Assembly: GCA_964016885.1 (NCBI GenBank) | Contig: OZ024740.1 | Location: 36,828,001 to 36,892,000 of the forward strand | Source: Eledone cirrhosa | Taxonomy: Eukaryota | Direction of reading: 5' to 3' | Length of the DNA stretch: 64,000 nt | In this document: positions 1-13,300 of the stretch, piece by piece | Layout: each line of letters starts with the position of its first letter | Numbering within the stretch: the first letter of the stretch is position 1 | Made by a program: the position numbers and the translations under genes | Notes under the pieces: model-generated | Seen by the model: the letters and a program-made list of their open reading frames with translations, nothing else | Database searches by the model: none | What the model was told of the DNA's origin: nothing

Positions 1-3000
1 AGAAACCTCAACTGTCATTACATTGAGGTTTGTGTCGGTAAAGTTAGACATAGAAACTTCACCTGTCATTACATTGAAGTTTGTGTGGGTAAAGTTAGAC
101 ATAGAAACCTAAACTGTCATTACATTGAGGTTTGTGTGGGTAAAGTTAGACATAGAAACCTCAACTGTCATTATATTGAGGTTTGTGTCGGTAAAGTTAG
201 ACATAGAAACCTCAACTGTCATTACATTGAGGTTTGTGTGGGTAAAGTTAGACATAGAAACCTCATGTGTCATTACATTGAGGTTTGTGTGGGTAAAGTT
301 AGACATAGAAACCTCAACTCTCATTACATTGAGGTTTGTGTCGGTAAAGTTAGACATAGAATCCTCAACTGTCATTACCTTGAGGTTTGTGTGGGTAAAA
401 TTAGATATAATAACCTCAACTGTCATTACGTTGACATTTGTGTGGGTAAAGGGAGACATAGATACCTCAAATGTCATTATATTGAGGTTAATGTGGGTAA
501 AGTTAGACATAGAAAACTCAACTGTCATTACATTGAGGTTTGAGAGCGTAAAATTAGACATAGAAACCTCAACTGGCTTTATATTGAGGTTTGTGTGGCT
601 AAAATTAGACATAGAAACCTCAATTGTCATTACATTGAGGTTTGTGTGGGTAAAGTTAGACATAGAACCTCAACTGTCATTACATTGAGCTTTGTATGGG
701 TAAAGTTAGACATAGAAACTTCAACTGTCATTACAATGAGGTTTGTGGGGGTAAAGTTAGACATAGAATCAAATGTCATTACATTTAGGTTTATGTGGGT
801 AAAGTTAGACATAGAAACCTCAACTGTCGTTATATTGAGGTTTGTGTAGGTAACGTTAGACATAGAAACCTCAATGTAATTAAATTGAGATTTGTGTGGG
901 TAAAGTTAGACATAGAAACCTCAAATGTCATTATATTGAGGTTAGTGTGGCTAAAGCTAGACATAGAAAGCTCAACTATCATTACGTTCAGATATGTGTG
1001 GGTAAAGTTAGACATAGAATCAAATGTCATTACATTGAGGTTTGTGTGGCTAAAGTTAGACACAGAAAGCTCAACTATCATTACGTTTAGATTTGTGTGG
1101 GTAAAGTTAGACATAGAAACCTCAACTTTCATAACATTGAACTTTTTGTGCGTAAAGTTAGACATAGAACCTCAACTGTCATTACATTGAGCTTTGTTTG
1201 GGTAAAGTTAGAAATATAAACCTCAAATGTCATTACAATGAGGTTACTGTGGGTAAAGTTAGACATAGAATCAAATGTCATTACATTGAGGTTAGTGTGG
1301 GTAAAGTTAGACATATAAACCTCAACTGTCATTACATTGAGGTTAGTGTGGGTATAGTTAATAATAGTAAACTCAACTCTCATTATATTGAGGTTTGTGT
1401 GGGTAAAGTTAGATATAGAATCAAATGTCATTACATTGAGCTTATTGTGGGTAAAGTTAGATATAGAAACCTCAACTGTCATTACATTGAGGTGTGTGTG
1501 GATAAAGTTAGACATAGAAACCTCAACTCTCTTTACTTTGAGCTTTGTGAGGGTAAAGTTAGACATAGAAACCTCAACTGTCATTACATTGAGCTATGTG
1601 TGGGTAAAGTTTGACATAGAAACCTCAATTGTCATTACCTTGAGGTTTGTGAAGGTAAAGTTAGACATAGAAACCTCAACTGTCATTACATTGAGGTTTG
1701 TGTGAGTAAAGTTAGACATAGAAACCTAAACTGTCATTACAATGAGGTTTGTGTAGGTAAAGTTAGACATAGAAACATCAACTGTCATTACATTGAGGTT
1801 TGTGTGTGTAAAGTTAGACATAGAAACCTCAACTGTCATTACATTGTGGTTTGTGTAGGTAAAGTCAGACATAGAAACATCAACTGTCATTACATTGAGG
1901 TTTGTGTGGGTAAAGTTAGACATAGAAACCTCATGTGTGATTACATTGAGGTTAGTGTGAGTAAAGTTAGACATAGAAACCTCAACTGTCATTACATGAG
2001 GTTTGTGTTGGTAAAGTTAGACATAGAAACCACAACTGTCATTATATTGAGATTTGGAGGCTAAAGTTAGATATAAAAACCTCAACTGTCATTACATTGA
2101 GGTTTGTGTGGGTAAAATTAGACATAGAAAACTCAACTGTCATTATATTAAGCTTTGGGTGGGTAAAGGTAGACATAAAAACTTCAACTGTCATTATTTT
2201 GAGGTTTGTGTGGGTAAAATTAGACATAGAAACCTCAACTCTCATTATATTGAGCTTTGTGTGGGTAAAGTTAGATATAGAAACCTCAACTGTCATTACA
2301 TTGAGGTTTGTGTGGGTAAAGTTAGACATAGAAACCTCAACTCTCATTACATTGAGGTTTGTGTCGGTAAAGTTAGACATAGAAACCTCAACTGTCATTA
2401 CATTGAGGTTTATGTGGGTAATATTAGACATAGAAACCTCAACTTTCATTACATTGACGTTTGTGTGGGTAAAATTAGATATAATAACCTCAATTGTCAT
2501 TACATTGATGTTTTTTGTGATTGAAGTTAGACATAGAACCTCAACTGTCATTACATTGAGGTTTGTGTGGGTAAAGTTAGACATAGAAACCTCAACTGTC
2601 ATTACATTGAGGTTTGTGTCGGTAAAGTTAGACATAGAATCCTCAACTGTCATTACATTGAGGTTTGTGTGGGTAAAGTTGGACATAGAAACTCAACTGT
2701 CATTACATTGAGTTTGGTGGGGGTAAAATTAGACATAGAATCAAATGTCATTACATTTAGGTTTATGTGGGTAAAGTTAGACATAGAAAACTCACTCTCA
2801 TTACATTGAGATTTGTGTGGGTAAAGTTAGACATAGAAACCTCAATTGTCATTAGCTTGAGGTTTGTGTGGGTAAAGTTAGACATAGAATCCTCAACTGT
2901 CATTACCTTGAGGTTTGTATGGGTAAAGTTAGACATAGAATCCTCAACTGTCATTACCTTGAGGTTTGTGTGGGTAAAGTTAGACATAGAATCCTCAACT

Positions 3001-6000
3001 GTCATTACCTTGAGGTTTGTGTGGGTAAAGTTAGACATAGAAAACTCAACTCTCATTACATTGAGGTTTGAGAGCGTAAAGTTAGATATAGAAACCTCAA
3101 CTGTTATTACATTGACGTTTGTGTGGGTAAAGTTAGACATAGAAACCTCAATTGTCATTACCTTGAGGTTTGTGAAGGTAAAGTTAGACATAGAAACCTC
3201 AACTGTCATTACATTGAGGTTTGTGTGAGTAAAGTTAGAAATATAAACCTCAAATGTCATTACAATGAGGTTACTGTGGGTAAAGTTAGACATAGAATCA
3301 AATGTCATTACATTGAGGTTAGTGTGGGTAAAGTTAGACATATAAACCTCAACTGTCATTACATTGAGGTTAGTGTGGGTATAGTTAATAATAGTAAACT
3401 CAACTCTCATTATATTGAGGTTTGTGTGGGTAAAGTTAGATATAGAATCAAATGTCATTACATTGAGCTTATTGTGGGTAAAGTTAGATATATAAACCTC
3501 AACTGTCATTACATTGAGGTGTGTGTGGATAAAGTTAGACATAGAAACCTCAACTGTTATTACATTGACGTTTGTGTGGGTAAAGTTAGACATAGAAACC
3601 TCAACTCTCTTTACTTTGAGCTTTGTGAGGGTAAAGTTAGACATAGAAACCTCAACTGTCATTACATTGAGCTATGTGTAGGTAAAGTTTGACATAGAAA
3701 CCTCAATTGTCATTACCTTGAGGTTTGTGAAGGTAAAGTTAGACATAGAAACCTCAACTGTCATTACATTGAGGTTTGTGTGAGTAAAGTTAGACATAGA
3801 AACCTAAACTGTCATTACAATGAGGTTTGTGTAGGTAAAGTTAGACATAGAAACATCAACTGTCATTACATTGAGGTTTGTGTGTGTAAAGTTAGACATA
3901 GAAACCTCAACTGTCATTACATTGTGGTTTGTGTAGGTAAAGTCAGACATAGAAACATCAACTGTCATTACATTGAGGTTTGTGTGGGTAAAGTTAGACA
4001 TAGAAACCTCATGTGTGATTACATTGAGGTTAGTGTGAGTAAAGTTAGACATAGAAACCTCAACTGTCATTACATGAGGTTTGTGTTGGTAAAGTTAGAC
4101 ATAGAAACCACAACTGTCATTATATTGAGATTTGGAGGCTAAAGTTAGATATAAAAACCTCAACTGTCATTACATTGAGGTTTGTGTGGGTAAAATTAGA
4201 CATAGAAAACTCAACTGTCATTATATTAAGCTTTGGGTGGGTAAAGGTAGACATAAAAACTTCAACTGTCATTATTTTGAGGTTTGTGTGGGTAAAATTA
4301 GACATAGAAACCTCAACTGTCATTACATTGAGGTTTGTGTGGGTAAAGTTAGACACAGAAACCTCATGTGTCATTACATTGAAGTTTGTGTGGGTAAAGT
4401 AAGACATAGAATCAAATGTCATTTCATTGAGATTCGTGTGGGAAATGTTAGACATAGAAACCTCAACTCTCATTATATTGAGCTTTGTGTGGGTAAAATT
4501 AGATATAGAAACCTCAACTGTCATTACATTGAGGTTTGTGTGGGTAAAGTTAGACATAGAAACCTCAACTGTCATTACATTGAGGTTTATGTGGGTAATA
4601 TTAGACATAGAAACCTCAACTTTCATTACATTGACGTTTGTGTGGGTAAAATTAGATATAATAACCTCAATTGTCATTACATTGAGGTTTTTTGTGATTG
4701 AAGTTAGACATAGAACCTCAACTGTCATTACATTGAGGTTTGTGTGGGTAAAGTTAGACATAGAAACCTCAACTGTCATTACATTGAGGTTTGTGTCGGT
4801 AAAGTTAGACATAGAATCCTCAACTGTCATTACATTGAGGTTTGTGTGGGTAAAGTTAGACATAGAAAACTCAACTGTCATTACATTGAGTTTTGTGTCG
4901 GTAAGGTTAGACATAGAAACCTCAACTGTCATTACATTGAGGTTTGTGTGGGTAAAGTTAGACATAGAAACCTCAACTGTCATTACATTGAGGTTTGTGT
5001 GGGTAAAGTTAGACATAGAAACTCAACTGTCATTACATTGAGTTTGGTGGGGGTAAAATTAGACATAGAATCAAATGTCATTACATTTAGGTTTATGTGG
5101 GTAAAGTTAGACATAGAAAACTCACTCTCATTACATTGAGGTTTGTGTGGGTAAAGTTAGACATAGAAACCTCAATTGTCATTACCTTGAGGTTTGTGTG
5201 GGTAAAGTTAGACATAGAAACCTCAACTGTCATTACATTGAGGTTTGTGTCGGTAAAGTTAGACATAGAAACTTCACCTGTCATTACATTGAAGTTTGTG
5301 TGGGTAAAGTTAGACATAGAAACCTAAACTGTCATTACATTGAGGTTTGTGTGGGTAAAGTTAGACATAGAAACCTCAACTGTCATTATATTGAGGTTTG
5401 TGTCGGTAAAGTTAGACATAGAAACCTCAACTGTCATTACATTGAGGTTTGTGTGGGTAAAGTTAGACATAGAAACCTCATGTGTCATTACATTGAGGTT
5501 TGTGTGGGTAAAGTTAGACATAGAAACCTCAACTCTCATTACATTGAGGTTTGTGTCGGTAAAGTTAGACATAGAATCCTCAACTGTCATTACCTTGAGG
5601 TTTGTGTGGGTAAAATTAGATATAATAACCTCAACTGTCATTACGTTGACATTTGTGTGGGTAAAGGGAGACATAGATACCTCAAATGTCATTATATTGA
5701 GGTTAATGTGGGTAAAGTTAGACATAGAAAACTCAACTGTCATTACATTGAGGTTTGAGAGCGTAAAATTAGACATAGAAACCTCAACTGGCTTTATATT
5801 GAGGTTTGTGTGGCTAAAATTAGACATAGAAACCTCAATTGTCATTACATTGAGGTTTGTGTGGGTAAAGTTAGACATAGAACCTCAACTGTCATTACAT
5901 TGAGCTTTGTATGGGTAAAGTTAGACATAGAAACTTCAACTGTCATTACAATGAGGTTTGTGGGGGTAAAGTTAGACATAGAATCAAATGTCATTACATT

Positions 6001-9000
6001 TAGGTTTATGTGGGTAAAGTTAGACATAGAAACCTCAACTGTCGTTATATTGAGGTTTGTGTAGGTAACGTTAGACATAGAAACCTCAATGTAATTAAAT
6101 TGAGATTTGTGTGGGTAAAGTTAGACATAGAAACCTCAAATGTCATTATATTGAGGTTAGTGTGGCTAAAGCTAGACATAGAAAGCTCAACTATCATTAC
6201 GTTCAGATATGTGTGGGTAAAGTTAGACATAGAATCAAATGTCATTACATTGAGGTTTGTGTGGCTAAAGTTAGACACAGAAAGCTCAACTATCATTACG
6301 TTTAGATTTGTGTGGGTAAAGTTAGACATAGAAACCTCAACTTTCATAACATTGAACTTTTTGTGCGTAAAGTTAGACATAGAACCTCAACTGTCATTAC
6401 ATTGAGCTTTGTTTGGGTAAAGTTAGAAATATAAACCTCAAATGTCATTACAATGAGGTTACTGTGGGTAAAGTTAGACATAGAATCAAATGTCATTACA
6501 TTGAGGTTAGTGTGGGTAAAGTTAGACATATAAACCTCAACTGTCATTACATTGAGGTTAGTGTGGGTATAGTTAATAATAGTAAACTCAACTCTCATTA
6601 TATTGAGGTTTGTGTGGGTAAAGTTAGATATAGAATCAAATGTCATTACATTGAGCTTATTGTGGGTAAAGTTAGATATAGAAACCTCAACTGTCATTAC
6701 ATTGAGGTGTGTGTGGATAAAGTTAGACATAGAAACCTCAACTCTCTTTACTTTGAGCTTTGTGAGGGTAAAGTTAGACATAGAAACCTCAACTGTCATT
6801 ACATTGAGCTATGTGTGGGTAAAGTTTGACATAGAAACCTCAATTGTCATTACCTTGAGGTTTGTGAAGGTAAAGTTAGACATAGAAACCTCAACTGTCA
6901 TTACATTGAGGTTTGTGTGAGTAAAGTTAGACATAGAAACCTAAACTGTCATTACAATGAGGTTTGTGTAGGTAAAGTTAGACATAGAAACATCAACTGT
7001 CATTACATTGAGGTTTGTGTGTGTAAAGTTAGACATAGAAACCTCAACTGTCATTACATTGTGGTTTGTGTAGGTAAAGTCAGACATAGAAACATCAACT
7101 GTCATTACATTGAGGTTTGTGTGGGTAAAGTTAGACATAGAAACCTCATGTGTGATTACATTGAGGTTAGTGTGAGTAAAGTTAGACATAGAAACCTCAA
7201 CTGTCATTACATGAGGTTTGTGTTGGTAAAGTTAGACATAGAAACCACAACTGTCATTATATTGAGATTTGGAGGCTAAAGTTAGATATAAAAACCTCAA
7301 CTGTCATTACATTGAGGTTTGTGTGGGTAAAATTAGACATAGAAAACTCAACTGTCATTATATTAAGCTTTGGGTGGGTAAAGGTAGACATAAAAACTTC
7401 AACTGTCATTATTTTGAGGTTTGTGTGGGTAAAATTAGACATAGAAACCTCAACTCTCATTATATTGAGCTTTGTGTGGGTAAAGTTAGATATAGAAACC
7501 TCAACTGTCATTACATTGAGGTTTGTGTGGGTAAAGTTAGACATAGAAACCTCAACTCTCATTACATTGAGGTTTGTGTCGGTAAAGTTAGACATAGAAA
7601 CCTCAACTGTCATTACATTGAGGTTTATGTGGGTAATATTAGACATAGAAACCTCAACTTTCATTACATTGACGTTTGTGTGGGTAAAATTAGATATAAT
7701 AACCTCAATTGTCATTACATTGAGGTTTTTTGTGATTGAAGTTAGACATAGAACCTCAACTGTCATTACATTGAGGTTTGTGTGGGTAAAGTTAGACATA
7801 GAAACCTCAACTGTCATTACATTGAGGTTTGTGTCGGTAAAGTTAGACATAGAATCCTCAACTGTCATTACATTGAGGTTTGTGTGGGTAAAGTTGGACA
7901 TAGAAACTCAACTGTCATTACATTGAGTTTGGTGGGGGTAAAATTAGACATAGAATCAAATGTCATTACATTTAGGTTTATGTGGGTAAAGTTAGACATA
8001 GAAAACTCACTCTCATTACATTGAGATTTGTGTGGGTAAAGTTAGACATAGAAACCTCAATTGTCATTAGCTTGAGGTTTGTGTGGGTAAAGTTAGACAT
8101 AGAATCCTCAACTGTCATTACCTTGAGGTTTGTATGGGTAAAGTTAGACATAGAATCCTCAACTGTCATTACATTGAGGTTTGTGTGGGTAAAGTTAGAC
8201 ATAGAATCCTCAACTGTCATTACCTTGAGGTTTGTGTGGGTAAAGTTAGACATAGAAAACTCAACTCTCATTACATTGAGGTTTGAGAGCGTAAAGTTAG
8301 ATATAGAAACCTCAACTGTTATTACATTGACGTTTGTGTGGGTAAAGTTAGACATAGAAACCTCAATTGTCATTACCTTGAGGTTTGTGAAGGTAAAGTT
8401 AGACATAGAAACCTCAACTGTCATTACATTGAGGTTTGTGTGAGTAAAGTTAGAAATATAAACCTCAAATGTCATTACAATGAGGTTACTGTGGGTAAAG
8501 TTAGACATAGAATCAAATGTCATTACATTGAGGTTAGTGTGGGTAAAGTTAGACATATAAACCTCAACTGTCATTACATTGAGGTTAGTGTGGGTATAGT
8601 TAATAATAGTAAACTCAACTCTCATTATATTGAGGTTTGTGTGGGTAAAGTTAGATATAGAATCAAATGTCATTACATTGAGCTTATTGTGGGTAAAGTT
8701 AGATATATAAACCTCAACTGTCATTACATTGAGGTGTGTGTGGATAAAGTTAGACATAGAAACCTCAACTGTTATTACATTGACGTTTGTGTGGGTAAAG
8801 TTAGACATAGAAACCTCAACTCTCTTTACTTTGAGCTTTGTGAGGGTAAAGTTAGACATAGAAACCTCAACTGTCATTACATTGAGCTATGTGTGGGTAA
8901 AGTTTGACATAGAAACCTCAATTGTCATTACCTTGAGGTTTGTGAAGGTAAAGTTAGACATAGAAACCTCAACTGTCATTACATTGAGGTTTGTGTGAGT

Positions 9001-10345
9001 AAAGTTAGACATAGAAACCTAAACTGTCATTACAATGAGGTTTGTGTAGGTAAAGTTAGACATAGAAACATCAACTGTCATTACATTGAGGTTTGTGTGT
9101 GTAAAGTTAGACATAGAAACCTCAACTGTCATTACATTGTGGTTTGTGTAGGTAAAGTCAGACATAGAAACATCAACTGTCATTACATTGAGGTTTGTGT
9201 GGGTAAAGTTAGACATAGAAACCTCATGTGTGATTACATTGAGGTTAGTGTGAGTAAAGTTAGACATAGAAACCTCAACTGTCATTACATGAGGTTTGTG
9301 TTGGTAAAGTTAGACATAGAAACCACAACTGTCATTATATTGAGATTTGGAGGCTAAAGTTAGATATAAAAACCTCAACTGTCATTACATTGAGGTTTGT
9401 GTGGGTAAAATTAGACATAGAAAACTCAACTGTCATTATATTAAGCTTTGGGTGGGTAAAGGTAGACATAAAAACTTCAACTGTCATTATTTTGAGGTTT
9501 GTGTGGGTAAAATTAGACATAGAAACCTCAACTGTCATTACATTGAGGTTTGTGTGGGTAAAGTTAGACACAGAAACCTCATGTGTCATTACATTGAAGT
9601 TTGTGTGGGTAAAGTAAGACATAGAATCAAATGTCATTTCATTGAGATTCGTGTGGGAAATGTTAGACATAGAAACCTCAACTCTCATTATATTGAGCTT
9701 TGTGTGGGTAAAATTAGATATAGAAACCTCAACTGTCATTACATTGAGGTTTGTGTGGGTAAAGTTAGACATAGAAACCTCAACTGTCATTACATTGAGG
9801 TTTATGTGAGTAATATTAGACATAGAAACCTCAACTTTCATTACATTGACGTTTGTGTGGGTAAAATTAGATATAATAACCTCAATTGTCATTACATTGA
9901 GGTTTTTTGTGATTGAAGTTAGACATAGAACCTCAACTGTCATTACATTGAGGTTTGTGTGGGTAAAGTTAGACATAGAAACCTCAACTGTCATTACATT
10001 GAGGTTTGTGTCGGTAAAGTTAGACATAGAATCCTCAACTGTCATTACATTGAGGTTTGTGTGGGTAAAGTTAGACATAGAAAACTCAACTGTCATTACA
10101 TTGAGTTTTGTGTCGGTAAGGTTAGACATAGAAACCTCAACTGTCATTACATTGAGGTTTGTGTGGGTAAAGTTAGACATAGAAACCTCAACTGTCATTA
10201 CATTGAGGTTTGTGTGGGTAAAGTTAGACATAGAAACTCAACTGTCATTACATTGAGTTTGGTGGGGGTAAAGTTAGACATAGAATCAAATGTCATTACA
10301 TTTAGGTTTATGTGGGTAAAGTTAGACATAGAAAACTCACTCTCA
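1..10345. repeat. Higher-order duplication of the satellite, offset 5215 bp (two near-identical copies)
   Basis: Position 1 matches 5216. ORF-track pairs are shifted by exactly 5215 (109/5324, 1702/6917, 2763/7978, 4744/9959), with only scattered SNPs. An internal sub-duplication has offset 2078 (1702/3780). Confidence 0.95.
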
Positions 10346-13300
10346 TTATATTGAGATTTGTGTGGGTAAAGTTAGACATAGAAACCTCAATTGTCATTAG
10401 CTTGAGGTTTGTGTGGGTAAAGTTAGACATAGAATCCTCAACTGTCATTACCTTGAGGTTTGTATGGGTATAGTTAGACGTAGAATCCTCAACTGTCATT
10501 ACCTTGAGGTTTGTGTGGGTAAAGTTAGACATAGAATCCTCAACTGTCATTACCTTGAGGTTTGTGTGGGTAAAGTTAGACATAGAAAACTCAACTCTCA
10601 TTACATTGAGGTTTGAGAGCGTAAAGTTAGATATAGAAACCTCAACTTTTATTACATTGACGTTTGTGTGGGTAAAGTTAGACATAGAAACCTCAATTGT
10701 CATTACCTTGAGGTTTGTGAAGGTAAAGTTAGACATAGAAACCTCAACTGTCATTACATTGAGGTTTGTGTGAGTAAAGTTAGACATAGAAACCTAAACT
10801 GTCATTACAATGAGATTCGTCAGGGTAAAGTTAGACATAGAATCAAATGTCATTACATTGAGGTTAATGTGGGTAAAGTTAGACATAGAAAACTCAACTG
10901 TCATTACATTGAGGTTTGAGAGCGTAAAATTAGACATAGAAACCTCAACTGGCTTTATATTGAGCTATGGATGGGGAAAGTTATTCATAGAAACCTCAAC
11001 TGTCATTACATTGAGGTTTGTGTGGCTAAAATTAGACATAGAAACCTCAATTGTCATTACATTGAGGTTTGTGTGGGTAAAGTTAGACATAGAACCTCAA
11101 CTGTCATTACATTGAGCTTTGTATGGGTAAAGTTAGACATAGAAACTTCAACTGTCATTACAATGAGGTTTGTGGGGGTAAAGTTAGACATAGAATCAAA
11201 TGTCATTACATTTAGGTTTACGTGGGTAAAGTTAGACATAGAAACCTCAACTGTCATTATATTGAGGTTTGTGTGGGTAAAGTTAGACATAGAAACCTCA
11301 AATGTCATTATATTGAGGTTAGTGTGGCTAAAGCTAGACATAGAAATCTCAACTATCATTATGTTCTGATATGTGTGGGTAAAGTTAGACATAGAATCAA
11401 ATGTCATTAGATTGAGGTTTGTGTTGCTAAAGTTAGACACAGAAAGCTCAACTATCATTACGTTTAGATTTGTGTGGGTAAAGTTAGACATAGAAACCTC
11501 AACTTTCATAACATTGAGCTTTTTGTGGGTAAAGTTAGACATAGAACCTCAACTGTCATTACATTGAGCTTTGTTTGGGTAAAGTTAGAAATATAAACCT
11601 CAAAAGTCATTACAATGAGGTTACTGTGGGTAAAGTTAGACATAGAATCAAATGTCATTACATTGAGTTTAGTGTGGGTAAAGTTAGACATATAAACCTC
11701 AACTGTCATTACATTGAGGTTAGTGTGGGTATAGTTAATAATAGTAACCTCAACTCTCATTATATTGAGGTTTGTGTGGGTAAAGTTAGATATAGAATCA
11801 AATGTCATTACATTGAGCTTATTGTGGGTAAAGTTAGATATAGAAACCTCAACTGTCATTACATTGAGGTGTGTGTGGATAAAGTTAGACATAGAAACCT
11901 CAATTGTTATTACATTGACGTTTGTGTGGGTAAAGTTAGACATAGAAACCTCAACTCTCTTTACTTTGAGCTTTGTGAGGGTAAAGTTAGACATAGAAAC
12001 CTCAACTGTCATTACATTGAGCTATGTGTGGGTAAAGTTTGACATATAAACCTCAATTGTCATTACCTTGAGGTTTGTGAAGGTAAAGTTAGACATAGAA
12101 ACCTCAACTGTCATTACATTGAGGTTTGTGTGAGTAAAGTTAGACATAGAAACCTCAATTGTCATTACAATGAGGTTTGTGTGGGTAAAATTAGACATAG
12201 AATCCTCAACTGTCATTAAATTGAGCTTTGTGTGTGTAAAGTTAGACATAGAAACCTCAACTGTCATGACATTGAGGTTTGTGTAGGTAAAGTTAGACAT
12301 AGAAACATCAACTGTCATTACATTGAGGTTTGTGTGGGTAAAGTTAAACATAGAAACCTCAACTGACATTACATTGAGGTTAGTGTGAGTAAAGTTAGAC
12401 ATAGAAACCTCAACTGTCATTACATTGAGGTTTGTGTTGGTAAAGTTAGACATAGAAACCACAACTGTCATTATATTGAGATTTGGAGGCTAAAGTTAGA
12501 TATAAAAACCTCAACTGTCATTACATTGAGGTTTGTGTGGGTAAAATTAGACATAGAAAACTCAACTGTCATTATATTAAGCTTTGGGTGGGTAAAGGTA
12601 GACATAAAAACCTCAACTGTCATTATATTGAGGTTTGTGTGGGTAAAGTTAGACATAGAAACATCAACTGTCATTACATTGAGGTTTGTATGATAAAGTT
12701 AGACATAGAAACCTCAACTGTCATTACATTGAGGTTTGTGTGGGTAAAGTAAGACATAGAATCAAATGTCATTTCATTGAGATTCGTGTGGGTAATGTTA
12801 GACATAGAAACCTCAACTCTCATTATATTGAGCTTTGTGTGGGTAAAGTTAGATATAGAAACCTCAACTGTCATTACATTGAGGTTTGTGTGGGTAAAGT
12901 TAGACATAGAAACCTCATATGTCATTACATTGAGGTTTGTGTCGGTAAAGTTAGACATAGAATCCTCAACTGTCATTACATTGAGGTTTGTGTGGGTAAA
13001 GTTAGACATAGAAAACTCAACTGTCATTACATTGAGGTTTGTGTCGGTAAAGTTAGACATAGAAAACTCAACTGTCATTACATTGAGGTTTGCGTGGGTA
13101 AAGTTAGACATAGAAACCTCAACTGTCATTACATTGAGGTTTGTGTGGGTAAAGTTAGACATAGAAACTCAACTGTCATTACATTGAGTTTGGTGGGGGT
13201 AAAGTTAGACATAGAATCAAATGTCATTACATTTAGGTTTATGTGGGTAAAGTTAGACATAGAAAACTCACTCTCATTACATTGAGGTTTGTGTGGGTAA